Part shown: positions 51,589-61,631 of the stretch, one piece after another
How the letters are laid out: every line of letters starts with the position of its first letter
Numbering within the stretch: position 1 is the stretch's first letter
Source of the DNA: an uncultured delta proteobacterium
GTDB taxonomy: Bacteria; Myxococcota; Myxococcia; Myxococcales; Myxococcaceae
Direction: 5' to 3'
DNA: 64,000 bases
NCBI GenBank assembly: GCA_963771175.1
Contig: CAVYSY010000044.1
Span: 1-64,000 of the forward strand
Notes under the pieces: generated by a model
What the model saw: only the letters and a program-made list of their open reading frames with translations
What the model was told of the DNA's origin: nothing
Database searches by the model: none
Made by a program: the position numbers and the translations under genes

Positions 51589-53244
51589 ATGCCCACCATC
51601 TCCTCCAAGCTGCCGGCCCCCATCACGACAAAGGCCTCCGCGCCCGCGCCCAAGCAGGTGCAGGCCCCGCCGCCTCCGCCGCCTCCCCGGCCCGCGCTGA
51701 ACACGGGCACCAGCAGCTTCCAGCCCGCGTCCACCTCGCGCCCGCCCGTGTCCCTCTCGCCGGCTCCCGCCACCACCCTGCGCAACGAGCGCCTCGGCGA
51801 TGGGCAGACCAACTGCCTGGAGCGCGCCAACCAGCTCGCCCGGCCCGGTGACACCGTGGTGCTGCTGGCGGATCGCCGCGATGCCTCGGGACATGCCGTG
51901 GTGCAGCACAAAGATGGCTCGGTGACCGACCCCAACCTGCCCGGCATGAGCTACCCCAGCCTCGCCTCGTGGCAGGCCGCCAATCCCCAGTACCACCAGC
52001 CGGTGGGCATCCCCCAGCAGTCCCTCTCCCAGGTGCTGCGCACCCCGCCCGGCCCCCAGCGCGATGCGCTCATCCGCGAGCTCGGCCTGGGCGCCATCGC
52101 CACGCGCGCCGTGGCCGACCCGCCCGAGAACCGCTTCGTCACCCCCAATGACGGCGGCCTCAACGTCCGCACAGAGGCCGGCACGGAGTACGAGTCGCGC
52201 GGCTACGTCCAGGACGGGCAAATCCTCGAGGTCACCGGCCCCACCGACGCGGAGGGCTGGGCCCCCGTCTCCTTCCTGCCTCCCGGCGAGGACGAGCCCA
52301 TCACCGGCTATGCCCACATCGCGGATCTCACCGCGCCGGTGAACGAGGCGGAGGCCGAGCAGGGCCTGCGCGCCCAGGAGGTCTACGTCCACCAGACGGA
52401 CGCCGAGATGGAGGTCTCCTTCGTCCCCGAGGGCAGCACCGACCCCGTGGCCGGCAACGGCGGCAACGCCAACTGTGGCCCCTCGTCGCTGGTGATGGCG
52501 TTCCGCCTGGAGGGGCTGGAGCTGCCCGCCATCCCCGGCGTCGAGCACAACGGCACCGACGGCGCGGACGTGCAGGCGGCGCGCTTCGCCATGTACGGCA
52601 TCTACGACGGCGCCAGCGCGCCCGCGAACGAGACCCAGACGGAGAACTGGGCCGGCCGCGATGGCGTGGTCGAGGTCCCCAACCCCGACGGCGGTCCGTC
52701 CACCTACCAGTACGCGAACATGAACCTCACCTATGCCCAGGGGGGAGAGAACAGCCAGAACACGGGCTTCGGAGGCATCCACCGCGCGGTGCACGCGGCG
52801 GGCGGCTACTCGGAGGACGTGCTGCCCCGGTCCGGCGAGACGATGAACGACGCCATCGCCCGCGAGCTCGCGGCCGGGCGCACCGTCATCATCTCCGGTG
52901 ACTTCACCATCCCCGAGCAGCAGCCGGTGATGGCCGGCGAGGGCCAGCCCCACAACGCCGAGGGCCACCTCCTCAATGAAAACCAGGAGGTCGTCTACCA
53001 GACCGTCTACACGCCCAAGACGGACACCTGGACGCGCGGCGGCGGCGCCACGCAGCACCTCGTGGCCATCGTCGGCACCGTGGGCAACGCCGAGGACGGC
53101 ACCCTGCGCTTCCTCGTCAATGACCCCATCCACCCGAACCAGGGGCCCATTCTCGCCACGCCGGAGCAGCTCGCGTCCTTCATGAACGCCTCCAACGCGG
53201 GGGCCGTCGCCATCGGCGGCACGGACGACCCGGCGCTCCAGTAA
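51589..53244 (+). CDS. Pro-rich protein with SH3-like domain and C39-like cysteine peptidase domain
   Basis: LNVRTEAG..GW SH3b pattern; Q..NCGPSSLVM, HLVAI, VNDP. Confidence 0.65.
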   Translation: MPTISSKLPAPITTKASAPAPKQVQAPPPPPPPRPALNTGTSSFQPASTSRPPVSLSPAPATTLRNERLGDGQTNCLERANQLARPGDTVVLLADRRDASGHAVVQHKDGSVTDPNLPGMSYPSLASWQAANPQYHQPVGIPQQSLSQVLRTPPGPQRDALIRELGLGAIATRAVADPPENRFVTPNDGGLNVRTEAGTEYESRGYVQDGQILEVTGPTDAEGWAPVSFLPPGEDEPITGYAHIADLTAPVNEAEAEQGLRAQEVYVHQTDAEMEVSFVPEGSTDPVAGNGGNANCGPSSLVMAFRLEGLELPAIPGVEHNGTDGADVQAARFAMYGIYDGASAPANETQTENWAGRDGVVEVPNPDGGPSTYQYANMNLTYAQGGENSQNTGFGGIHRAVHAAGGYSEDVLPRSGETMNDAIARELAAGRTVIISGDFTIPEQQPVMAGEGQPHNAEGHLLNENQEVVYQTVYTPKTDTWTRGGGATQHLVAIVGTVGNAEDGTLRFLVNDPIHPNQGPILATPEQLASFMNASNAGAVAIGGTDDPALQ

Positions 53245-53265
53245 CTCAGGCCACGGGCCCGGGGA

Positions 53266-53847
53266 CTACAGCAGCTGGCACTCGTAGACGCGCAGGTTGT
53301 CACACCGCGAGCCCGTGCAGGCCAGACCCCGCGCGTACCAGCCCGAGGGCAGGCTGTACGTGTTGGGGAACTCCTCGGAGAACTGGCGATCCGCCCAGCG
53401 GCACGAGCCAGTGCCGCGGTTGGTGACCCGCGTGCACTGGATGGAGATGTCGTCGCAGTTCGAGCCCCGACAGACGAGCCCCGTCATCCACCACCCCGCA
53501 CTGCAGGTCCGGTAGTTCGTTCCTTCTTCGGAGAAGTAGCTCGTCCAGGACGTATCGCCGAAGGTCGCGCCCACCGAGCTGCAGTAGGCGCCCACGTTGT
53601 CGCAGTTGCCTCCCGTGCACCTCATCTGGTTGATGAGATTGCCGGCACCGCACCCAATGGGCTGGAACTCCTCGGAGGTACTGATCGTCCAGCCGTTGAT
53701 GACGCCTTGCGCGAAATCCGAGTAGTCCACCGCGTTCTCGAGAGGGTCGGGCGGCAGCTCATCCTCCGACGCCGCACCGCCACACGCCAAACCGAGGGTG
53801 GCCAACGCCGACACCGCCGCCGCGAACAGTCCACTCCGTGTATTCAT
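53266..53847 (-). CDS. Cys-rich lipoprotein with three internal repeats
   Basis: Lipobox GLAC; repeated (F)SEE...C.G.NCD units. Confidence 0.8.
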   Translation of the reverse strand: MNTRSGLFAAAVSALATLGLACGGAASEDELPPDPLENAVDYSDFAQGVINGWTISTSEEFQPIGCGAGNLINQMRCTGGNCDNVGAYCSSVGATFGDTSWTSYFSEEGTNYRTCSAGWWMTGLVCRGSNCDDISIQCTRVTNRGTGSCRWADRQFSEEFPNTYSLPSGWYARGLACTGSRCDNLRVYECQLL

Positions 53848-54071
53848 ATTCCGCATTCCTCAGGGTGAGAAAACACAGCCAGGAGCCGAGCCCCCCCGCG
53901 AAGGCCGTGGCGGTCAGCGAAGGATGCTCGAGCAGGGGGAGGTGGAAGCTGTGATGGGCCCGCACTCCAGACAATGCGACCGAGAGGGCAAAGCGAGTGC
54001 ATGCTCAACGACAGGAGAGCGCGGATGTTCAAGGTGGAACGGCGCGGGCGAGGGCGTAGGCTCCTCCCGCC

Positions 54072-54983
54072 ATGGCCCCGACTCCTCCGCTGCTCGATGA
54101 CATGCTCGTCTTCGCCGAAGTGGTGAGCGCGGGTGGCATCACCGCGGCGGCGACGCGGCTGGGGTTGCGCAAGTCCACGGTGAGCCGACGCCTGGCGGCC
54201 CTGGAGGAGCGGTTGGGCACGCGACTGCTGGAGCGCAACACGCGACGGCTGCGCCTCACCGAGTCCGGGCGCGAGTACCACGCGCACTGCGCCCGGCTCG
54301 TCGCCGAGGCCCGAGAGGTGAACCGGGCGCTGAGCGAGTCGCGCCACACGCCCCATGGCACGCTGCGCGTGGTGACCTTCTCGCTGCTCGGCGAGTTGCT
54401 CGCGCCCGTCATCGCCGAGTTCCTCCTGCGCCACCCCCAGGTGCGCGTGGAGGTGTCGCTCGCCCAGGCGCACGTGGACCTCGTCGCCGAGGAGTACGAC
54501 CTGGCCCTGCGCACCGGGCCGCTCCTGGACTCGTCGCTGGTGGCGCGGCGGCTCGGGAACGTGCGCACCGGCTATTACGCAAGCCCCGCCTACCTGAGCC
54601 GGCGCGGCACGCCCCAGTCGCCGGATGAGCTCGCGGGCCACGAGTGCGTGCTCGTCGCCGAGCCGGGCACGGACGAGGTGTGGTTCTTCACGGGCCCGCG
54701 AGGCGCTCGCACCGTGCCCGTGAGCGGGCGGCTGCAGGTGCCGAGCGTTCGCGCCGGCCATGCGGCGGCCCGGGCCGGACTCGGGCTGGTGCGCCTGCCC
54801 ACCGTGCTCGTCGCGGACGACGTGCGCGCCGGGGTGCTCGTCCCCGTGCTGGAGACGGTGACTCCGCCGGGCCTCCCCATCTACGCCGTCTACCCCAGCA
54901 GCCGGCAGCTTGCCCCCAAGGTGCGCGTCTTCCTCGAGACGCTCGCCCAGCGCAGCGCCGCGCTCCCCTGGGACAATCAGTGA
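54072..54983 (+). CDS. LysR family transcriptional regulator (CrgA-like)
   Basis: KSTVSRRLAALEERLGTRLLERNTR HTH; DLVAEEYDLALR. Confidence 0.92.
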   Translation: MAPTPPLLDDMLVFAEVVSAGGITAAATRLGLRKSTVSRRLAALEERLGTRLLERNTRRLRLTESGREYHAHCARLVAEAREVNRALSESRHTPHGTLRVVTFSLLGELLAPVIAEFLLRHPQVRVEVSLAQAHVDLVAEEYDLALRTGPLLDSSLVARRLGNVRTGYYASPAYLSRRGTPQSPDELAGHECVLVAEPGTDEVWFFTGPRGARTVPVSGRLQVPSVRAGHAAARAGLGLVRLPTVLVADDVRAGVLVPVLETVTPPGLPIYAVYPSSRQLAPKVRVFLETLAQRSAALPWDNQ

Positions 54984-55114
54984 GGGGGCTCTTCGCGGAA
55001 CAATCCATTGCGCGCCGGGCTCTCGTCCGGCCAGCGCGCCACCGTTAGTTCTCGTCGTGGAAGGTCGGGCAACGGCCATGGAGGCCGCACGCCCGCACAG
55101 ACGAGGGACACGCC

Positions 55115-55441
55115 ATGGCAGGAGACATCATCCACTTGAATGACCCGGACTTCCGGCGCGAGGTGCTGGAGGCCGAGGGGCCCGTGCTGGTCGACTTCAC
55201 GGCGACCTGGTGCGCCCCGTGCCGTGCCATCAACCCGACGGTGGAGGCGCTCGCCTCGGCGTACAAGGGCCGCGTGAAGGTGGCCAAGCTCGACATCGAC
55301 ACCAACCAGGCCACGGCGCAGGAGTACGGCATCCGCTCGGTGCCCACCCTGCTCCTCTTCAAGCAGGGCAAGGTGGTGGGACAGATTGTCGGCGCCGTGC
55401 CGCGCGCACGCATGGAGAGCGCGATTCAGCAGGTCCTCTGA
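55115..55441 (+). CDS. trxA: Thioredoxin
   Basis: WCAPC, IRSVPTL. Confidence 0.9.
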   Translation: MAGDIIHLNDPDFRREVLEAEGPVLVDFTATWCAPCRAINPTVEALASAYKGRVKVAKLDIDTNQATAQEYGIRSVPTLLLFKQGKVVGQIVGAVPRARMESAIQQVL

Positions 55442-55451
55442 CCCGCGCGGC

Positions 55452-56237
55452 TCATTGGGGAGGCCGGGTCCCAGCGCCTCGCAGTCGCTCCAGCTCGGCC
55501 TGGAGCTCCGCCAGGCGCCGCTCGGCCTCCTCCCGCCGCCGCGACTCCGCCTCCGCGCGCCGAGACTCCTCCTCCGCGCGCCGCTGCACCTGCTCCAGCA
55601 GCTCGTGGGACTGCAGCAGCAGCGCGTTGCCCGCCCACAGCCGCAGCTTCCCCTGCGCCAACTCCAACTCCAGCCCCAGCACCTCCGAGCGGTAGCGGCC
55701 CGCCTCCGGGGGAATGCGCTCGTACCGCCTCGCCTCGGGCACCGGCAGCCGGTACGCCTCCAGCCGCTCCCTCGCCCGGTCGTAGATGAAGTATTCGGGA
55801 ATCCCCAGCCGGGCGTAGCGCTCCACGTTGAACTCGGCGTCCTTCTTCCGGTCGCCGCCCACGTGCACCTCCATCACCCACTCCAGCCCCTTGCCCTCCT
55901 GGCTCACCACCCACTTGCTGCGCGGGTGCGTCGGCACGTCCCGCACCGCCACCAGGTCCGGCGCGAAGCGTCGCTCGCCCGGGTAGTACACCGGCAGCTC
56001 CGTGCCCAGGTACACCTGCCGCCGCTGCCGCGAGAAGAAGCCCCGGAGCACGTCCAGCGTCTCCATCTTCGCCTGGGAGTGCAGGTCCCCCTCCGGCATG
56101 GCCATCTCGTCCCACGTCACCTCGCCGGGCAACGCCTCCACCACCCGCTCCCGCTCCTCCACGCTCATCCGCTCCCACTCTTGCTGCGTGGGCGCCCGAG
56201 GGAAGGCGTCTCCACGCTCCTGTGCGCGCTGTGCCAT
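55452..56237 (-). CDS. Uma2/DUF820 family endonuclease-fold protein
   Basis: MPEGDLH, APDL, VMEV, YARLGIPEYFIYD, coiled-coil tail. Confidence 0.88.
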   Translation of the reverse strand: MAQRAQERGDAFPRAPTQQEWERMSVEERERVVEALPGEVTWDEMAMPEGDLHSQAKMETLDVLRGFFSRQRRQVYLGTELPVYYPGERRFAPDLVAVRDVPTHPRSKWVVSQEGKGLEWVMEVHVGGDRKKDAEFNVERYARLGIPEYFIYDRARERLEAYRLPVPEARRYERIPPEAGRYRSEVLGLELELAQGKLRLWAGNALLLQSHELLEQVQRRAEEESRRAEAESRRREEAERRLAELQAELERLRGAGTRPPQ

Positions 56238-56495
56238 GCCCCAAGCCTGGGGTGGCTCCTGGCGCGCGTCAATCGCCCCCGCCCGCTGCCTCAGCAAGTG
56301 TCGGGCCGGACACCCCAAGCCCCTGGCTCCGAGCGGAAGGCGCTCGCGGCCAGCTCCGGCTCCGTCTTCACCGTCTCTGTTCGCGGACGCCTCCGGTAGC
56401 GCCTCTCGCCAGCCGCCGACAGGGGCCGTAGGAGGTTAGCGAGAGGACGTACCAGGGCCCGAGCATGTCGATGAGAGCGGGCGCTCCAGCAGGTC

Positions 56496-56572
56496 CTCGG
56501 ACTCACGCCGCTCGGGGCGCGAAGAATCGCGCCCGGAACTGCTCCAGTGGGGTGGTCCAGTGGTCCTCCCAC
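56496..56572 (-). repeat. Duplicated 3' end of Coq4-family gene (62366-62442)
   Basis: 71/77 nt identical by manual alignment. Confidence 0.88.
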
Positions 56573-56573
56573 T

Positions 56574-56604
56574 CCCGGGAAGGTGTCGGAGGATTCGAGT
56601 CGCC
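56574..56604 (+). repeat. Diverged REP-like half-site
   Basis: CCCGGGAAGGTGTCGGAGGATTCGAGTCGCC versus GGTGTCAAAGGATTCGAATCGCC. Confidence 0.75.
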
Positions 56605-56768
56605 GGACAACTCCTTGAAGCGACTGGAGGAGCCGGAGCGCCATCCGCCTGGAATGTGTCGGTGGACCCGAAGACCAACAGGACGGGAGGGCTCTTGAGC
56701 GAGCCTTCCCGGCCCAGTTGGGCAATGCTTGGAAGCATCCCATGCCCCACCCCAACTGGCTCGACTCC

Positions 56769-57388
56769 ATGAAGCCGGCCTTCCTCACGGGGTTCTCGGC
56801 CCTGCCGAAGCCCGAGGTGGCCCTCGTTCCCGCACTGTGCCTGCTGCTGCTGGTGCCGGTCCTGGCCCGAGCAGCCCCACCTGAAGTCGAATCCCGCCTT
56901 TCGATACTGCAGACCGTGACTGTGCGCGAACACCACAGCCCCACGCATGGCAGTGGGCTCAAGCTCACCTTCAAGCGCCTCCCGCCAGACCCGCTCCTGG
57001 CACGTTTCACGAGGGAGGAAGCGAGGGCATTCGTGGAGGCCATGGAGACGGCATTCCATGCGCCCGGGTTGCTGTCAGGGTCGCCCGCCGCGAGGAGATT
57101 GCCGACGTGTGTGGTCTCGGGAGCCATGGGCTGTGGCCCGCCGGCGAGCACGCACTCCTCGGACCTGGAGAGGAAGCTGCGCGCGGACTACGAGGAACTC
57201 TTCGGCCCTTCCTCGCTACCGCTGCCGTCCTCCCTGGAGAGCAGCCGATGGTTCCAGGCACTCAAGCTCTCGCCCCGCTACATGGACGAGGGCGCGCGCG
57301 AGGCCGCCATGGAATTGCTCGGCTCTCCCACCGTCGCATATTCCATGGCCCTGTCCATGATGCTGTACATGGCGGCGTGGGCCGCGCC
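56769..57388 (+). pseudogene. AHH toxin, N-terminal part (interrupted)
   Basis: Signal-like N-terminus; reads to ...MAAWAAP at the element junction. Confidence 0.8.
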
Positions 57389-57409
57389 GGAGCCTGCATT
57401 GAAACACCT

Positions 57410-59755
57410 CTATTCCTTGGAATGGGGGTGACTTCGGTGATGTTGCCTGGGACTGCGTGCGCTGCTTCTTCGGGCGAGGGCCGCCTTGAGGCGCCGCGCG
57501 AGGGCGGGGGTCAGCCGGAAGCAGAAAGAGCCCTTCGGCAGGTCGCGCTCGGGCGTGAGGACGTGGGTCTTCACCCAGTAACGCACCGTGCTCTCGGAGA
57601 CTCCGTACTTCTCGATGAGCCCACGGGTGGTGTAACGGCCATCTGGGAGACGCGCTGGCAACCGCGGGCGGCCAGAGAAGCCCGGCTGCTTCCCGGGTCT
57701 GTAGCCATGGCTCTGCGCGTTGGCCAGCAGCGCTTCCAGTTCGGGCGTCAGCTCGAACCAGAAGGGACCTCGCTTCTTGCTGCGCGCCGGTGTGATGCGC
57801 CCCTGCCTTATCCAGTAGCGGACCATCGGAGCCGATACCCCGTAGCGCGCTGTCAGGCCATGCATGGAATAACGTCCTTGCTCATCTCGCTCGGGCAAGG
57901 GCCCAGTTCGCCCCCCAGGACCATGTCCTGCTCGGATGCCATGTCCCCGGCGAAGCGCCCCCACCGTCGTGCTCTTGAAGGAGCGACCCAGGCCGTTTTT
58001 CAGGCCGAGCCGGTTGAGTTCAGCCGCTATCCGCGAGTCGCTGTACTTCCGAGCAGCCATCCTCCGGACGGCGGCGAGCACTGTCTTCGACGTCTTGTGG
58101 GAGTCCGCCAGGGTGGGTCGAGGTGCCAGCAATTCGCTGATGGCACCTGTCTTCCAGAGAATGCGAATGCGGGTTGCTCGCTCAGGCACGTCCACTGGAG
58201 AAAGCACGACATCCTGGATGAGGAGTCGAAGCATCCGCTTCTTGTCCACGGCTGCCGTGGTGGGGGCGTTCCACAGCCTCGGCAAGTCTCGAGCCAACGC
58301 GAGGATGCCTTTCTTGTCCTGTGCCGAGAGCTCGAGCTTCTGCCTGCCTTTGGCCTCCTCGTACGCATGCTCCACCTGAGCAAGCTCCTGGAGTTTCTCG
58401 TTCCAACGTGTCTCCAGCGTGCGTGCCACTATCCGGTTTTCCGGCTCGACAGCGTTGTACTGGCGCTCGGCACGCTGGGCCTCGTAGCGCGCGCGCTCCA
58501 GACGCAGTTGCCATTGCCGAGCCAGGCTGTCGGCCTGCCGCTCCACCTCCTTGAGCACGGCGAGCGAAAGGTCCAATTCGGGCGGAGCCATCGCCTGGAG
58601 AAAAAGCTCAACCACCTTGTCGTCAATGCGATGCGCAACGGTGGACCAGCAGGGGCCTTCGCCGTACGCGGTCCGCAGGCACTCGTAGACAGGGGTATTG
58701 GCATGGGGGAGGCTCGTGTACATCCGCCGTCCACACCTGCCACAGAGGACAAGTCCCTGCAGCAACGCCTCGCCATTGCGAGCCGCACCGCGCTTGTGGA
58801 CTCCATGGAAGCGGATTCCATTCTCCTCTATTCGTCTCAGATTCTCCGTATATTCCTCCCAGGAGATGTACGCCGGGTGGGCATCCCTCACGAAGGCGTG
58901 CCACTGCTCGGACGCAGCGAGCCGCTCATGCTTGCTCCGCACCTCTCCCTCCACCAGGACGCGTCGTTCGCGATTGCGGCCCCATACGTAGGCCCCCGCG
59001 TAGGTGGGATTGCGCAGAATATTCAGCGCGTGCTCGGTGGTGAGTGGATGCCATTGGATTTCGGCGTGGCCGCCGCGATGGGCATGTCGCGAGGGAAAGA
59101 GCAGCCCGTGGTGGTTGAAATAGCGTACGGCGCGAGCCACACTGCCATCCAGGCGGAAGCGCTCGAACAGGAGGCGGATGGCTTTCTGTACCTGCTCGTC
59201 CGGGTCGAGCACGAGCGCGCCATTGTCGAAGACATAGCCTGTTGGCGCGGGGTAGACGAGCTCGCCTTTCTTCGCCTTGTGCAGCAGCCCTCCGCGCAGC
59301 CGCTGGCGCATGAGGTGAATCTCGGCGTCGCTCATGGTTCCCTTCATGCCGAGCACCAACCGGTCATTGAAGTCGCTGGCATCGTAGACGCCCTCCTCAT
59401 CGATGATGAGCGTGTCGGCCAGCGCGCACAGGTCCATCAACCGGTGCCAGTCGGCCGAGGAGCGCGCCAGGCGCGACACCTCCAGCGAGAAGATGGCACC
59501 CACCTTGCCAAGACTGACGTCGGCGGCCAGTCGCTGGAAACCCGTGCGGTGCGCGGCACTGGTGCCACTCTGGCCGAGGTCCTCATCGATGACCTCTATG
59601 TGGGCGCTGTCCCAGCCAAGCTTCTTGGCGAGCTCGACCAGTGCGTACTGCCGCTCGGTCGACTGCTGGTGCTCATGGACCTGCATCAGGGTGGACTGGC
59701 GGATGTAAACCAGCGCCGGCCTGTCCAGGTGCTCGGACCGAACCTTCTCGCTCAT
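57410..59755 (-). CDS. Large serine recombinase with C-terminal tandem HTH-like repeats
   Basis: YIRQST, DLGQSG, SRLAR, NPTYAG, LCGRCGR..YEC..C zinc ribbon, coiled coil. Confidence 0.93.
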   Translation of the reverse strand: MSEKVRSEHLDRPALVYIRQSTLMQVHEHQQSTERQYALVELAKKLGWDSAHIEVIDEDLGQSGTSAAHRTGFQRLAADVSLGKVGAIFSLEVSRLARSSADWHRLMDLCALADTLIIDEEGVYDASDFNDRLVLGMKGTMSDAEIHLMRQRLRGGLLHKAKKGELVYPAPTGYVFDNGALVLDPDEQVQKAIRLLFERFRLDGSVARAVRYFNHHGLLFPSRHAHRGGHAEIQWHPLTTEHALNILRNPTYAGAYVWGRNRERRVLVEGEVRSKHERLAASEQWHAFVRDAHPAYISWEEYTENLRRIEENGIRFHGVHKRGAARNGEALLQGLVLCGRCGRRMYTSLPHANTPVYECLRTAYGEGPCWSTVAHRIDDKVVELFLQAMAPPELDLSLAVLKEVERQADSLARQWQLRLERARYEAQRAERQYNAVEPENRIVARTLETRWNEKLQELAQVEHAYEEAKGRQKLELSAQDKKGILALARDLPRLWNAPTTAAVDKKRMLRLLIQDVVLSPVDVPERATRIRILWKTGAISELLAPRPTLADSHKTSKTVLAAVRRMAARKYSDSRIAAELNRLGLKNGLGRSFKSTTVGALRRGHGIRAGHGPGGRTGPLPERDEQGRYSMHGLTARYGVSAPMVRYWIRQGRITPARSKKRGPFWFELTPELEALLANAQSHGYRPGKQPGFSGRPRLPARLPDGRYTTRGLIEKYGVSESTVRYWVKTHVLTPERDLPKGSFCFRLTPALARRLKAALARRSSARSPRQHHRSHPHSKE

Positions 59756-60210
59756 CGCCTACCTCGCGTCGGCTGGGGGAGGGCCTTTCCAGCGCCTTCA
59801 GCAGCACGCTGGCCAGGACGCCGAGCCACTCGTGCTTCATCGCCTCTGGTAGTACGGCGTAGAGTGCGCCGGGGGGGCCCACCTGGGGTGGGCTCCCGGA
59901 GCCGCTTGTCTGCCGGGCTGGCTTCTTGGCCCTTCCCATCGGTGCTGTTGCTTAGGTCATCAATGAGCGCGCGTAGCTCGCGCAGTGCGCCCGGGTGCAG
60001 CTTTGGACACTTCCCACCAGCCTTGAGCGGCGCTGCCCGGGGGCGCAGGTTGGTCCAGTCAACAGGGAGGACCGCCGGATGCCCATCCGGGAAGAGGACG
60101 TTGACACAAGGGCGGCCGAGCTTGCGCTGGTATCCCAGCAGCGCTAGCTCGCGGCCTTCGAACGGATGGAGCGGGTGGGTGATGCGCACCGAATCTAACG
60201 GCGGCTGCAT
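59752..60210 (-). CDS. Small recombinase-associated protein (DUF5372-like)
   Basis: VRITHPLHPFEG...LPVDWTNL; ATGA overlap with recombinase. Confidence 0.65.
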   Translation of the reverse strand: MQPPLDSVRITHPLHPFEGRELALLGYQRKLGRPCVNVLFPDGHPAVLPVDWTNLRPRAAPLKAGGKCPKLHPGALRELRALIDDLSNSTDGKGQEASPADKRLREPTPGGPPRRTLRRTTRGDEARVARRPGQRAAEGAGKALPQPTRGRR

Positions 60211-60240
60211 CCATGACGGGGTATTTTGGAGATGGGCTTC

Positions 60241-61028
60241 CCCGAGCCCGTCTTCTCCAAGTCGTTCGCCGGGGCAGTGACCCTCTGGCTGTTGATGACA
60301 TACACGGCGACGGAACTCTACACCGTGGGGAGGGCCTGCCTGGAGTTGTACCGCGAGGCAGAGGCAGCGCGGAGCGAGGAGCAGTTGGAGGCGGTAGCCG
60401 CACGCTTTGGCAAGGCGATAGGAGGCGTAGGACTACGGGTGCTGGTGACAGTGGCAGGCGCAAAGCTCGCCAGCGCTCTGCCGGAGGTGCCCAAGGGAGG
60501 GATGTGGGCACGCCTCTCGCCTCCACGCTTTGCTTTCACGGGTGGGGGCGCCCGAATGGCTTTACGGTGGGGGCGGGCACACGTGCACAGGTGACCGTGG
60601 CCGACGGAACGGTGGTGCTCATGGGGGTCACGGCGGCGGCCGCGGCCAGTGCGGTCGTCAAGGCCCGGACAACGGGGGCCTGCGCCGAGTCCAAGAAGGA
60701 CGACAACCAGGCACACCATATCGCCACGGACAAGAATGACACGTCGGAGGTCAGCGGTGGCCCCTGGACGCCCCGGTTCAAGGCACTCTTCGAACGGGCC
60801 GGGATGAGCCTCGACGATCCGGCGAACATCCTCTACCTGCAGAACCACAAGGGTCCTCACCCCGAAGATTACCACGCGGAGGTCTTCAACCGGCTTCAGG
60901 ATGCGCTCGAGGACTGCCAGACTCAGCGAGAGTGCAGACGTAAACTCATGGACGCTCTGGATGAAATCGCAGGTGAGCTTTGCACACCTGGGTCAAGACT
61001 CCACAAGCTCGCCACGAAGACACGATGA
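60241..61028 (+). pseudogene. AHH nuclease toxin, C-terminal part; additional frameshift at ~60545
   Basis: QAHHIATDKN..GGPWTPRF..DDPAN..HKGPHPEDYH. Confidence 0.85.
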
Positions 61029-61603
61029 GCGCTCAAAGCAGACACTTCGAACTGCGGGACGACATGAGTCTTCCTGGCCGTTGGGTCTTGAAGCACGCCA
61101 GTCTCGATGATCAGGGCCGGCGACTGGACCCGTGGCAATTCAAGAGGGGAACGTCCATCACCTTGGAGGGAAAGCCCATCCTTGGCATCGCTCACCCCGG
61201 GCAGCCGCTCGATTTCAGCCTGACCGAACTGGCAACGCCCGTGGTCACCCAGCGCGTTGTCGCGCTCTTCGAGCGTCTGGGCCTCCAACAGGAGGTCCAG
61301 TCCATCCCGGCGCAAGTGGAGGGCTGTACGGAGCCCTACTTCATCCTCAATGCCCTGCGGGTTCTCCGGTGCATCGACGAGGCCCGGTGCGAGGAGGTCA
61401 AACTCTGGGAACCCAGGCACGGGGACCCCAACAGGGTGGGCGAGTATCGCAATGTCGTTGGAATGAAGGTCGACCCGAAGAAGATAGGGGATACCCACAT
61501 CTTGCGTCCCTGGGGTTGGAGGGGAGCGCTCATCGTCTCGGAGCATGTGAAGCAGGCCCTGGAGCAGGAAGGCATCACCGGGACGAAATTCATCGAGGTC
61601 TGA
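61025..61603 (+). CDS. Immunity protein, Imm11/DUF1629-like
   Basis: ATGA overlap with toxin; LDFS, YFILN..CIDE, LIVSEHVK..GITG. Confidence 0.8.
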   Translation: MSAQSRHFELRDDMSLPGRWVLKHASLDDQGRRLDPWQFKRGTSITLEGKPILGIAHPGQPLDFSLTELATPVVTQRVVALFERLGLQQEVQSIPAQVEGCTEPYFILNALRVLRCIDEARCEEVKLWEPRHGDPNRVGEYRNVVGMKVDPKKIGDTHILRPWGWRGALIVSEHVKQALEQEGITGTKFIEV

Positions 61604-61631
61604 CCCCGTGGGACCGAGCGGAGGCGTTCCC

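Larger units (their letters stand above)
57387..60242 (-). mobile_element. ~2.85 kb large-serine-recombinase insertion element
   Basis: Removal restores gcc gcg ccc gag ccc gtc (AAPEPVFSK); carries recombinase plus one small ORF. Confidence 0.85.
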
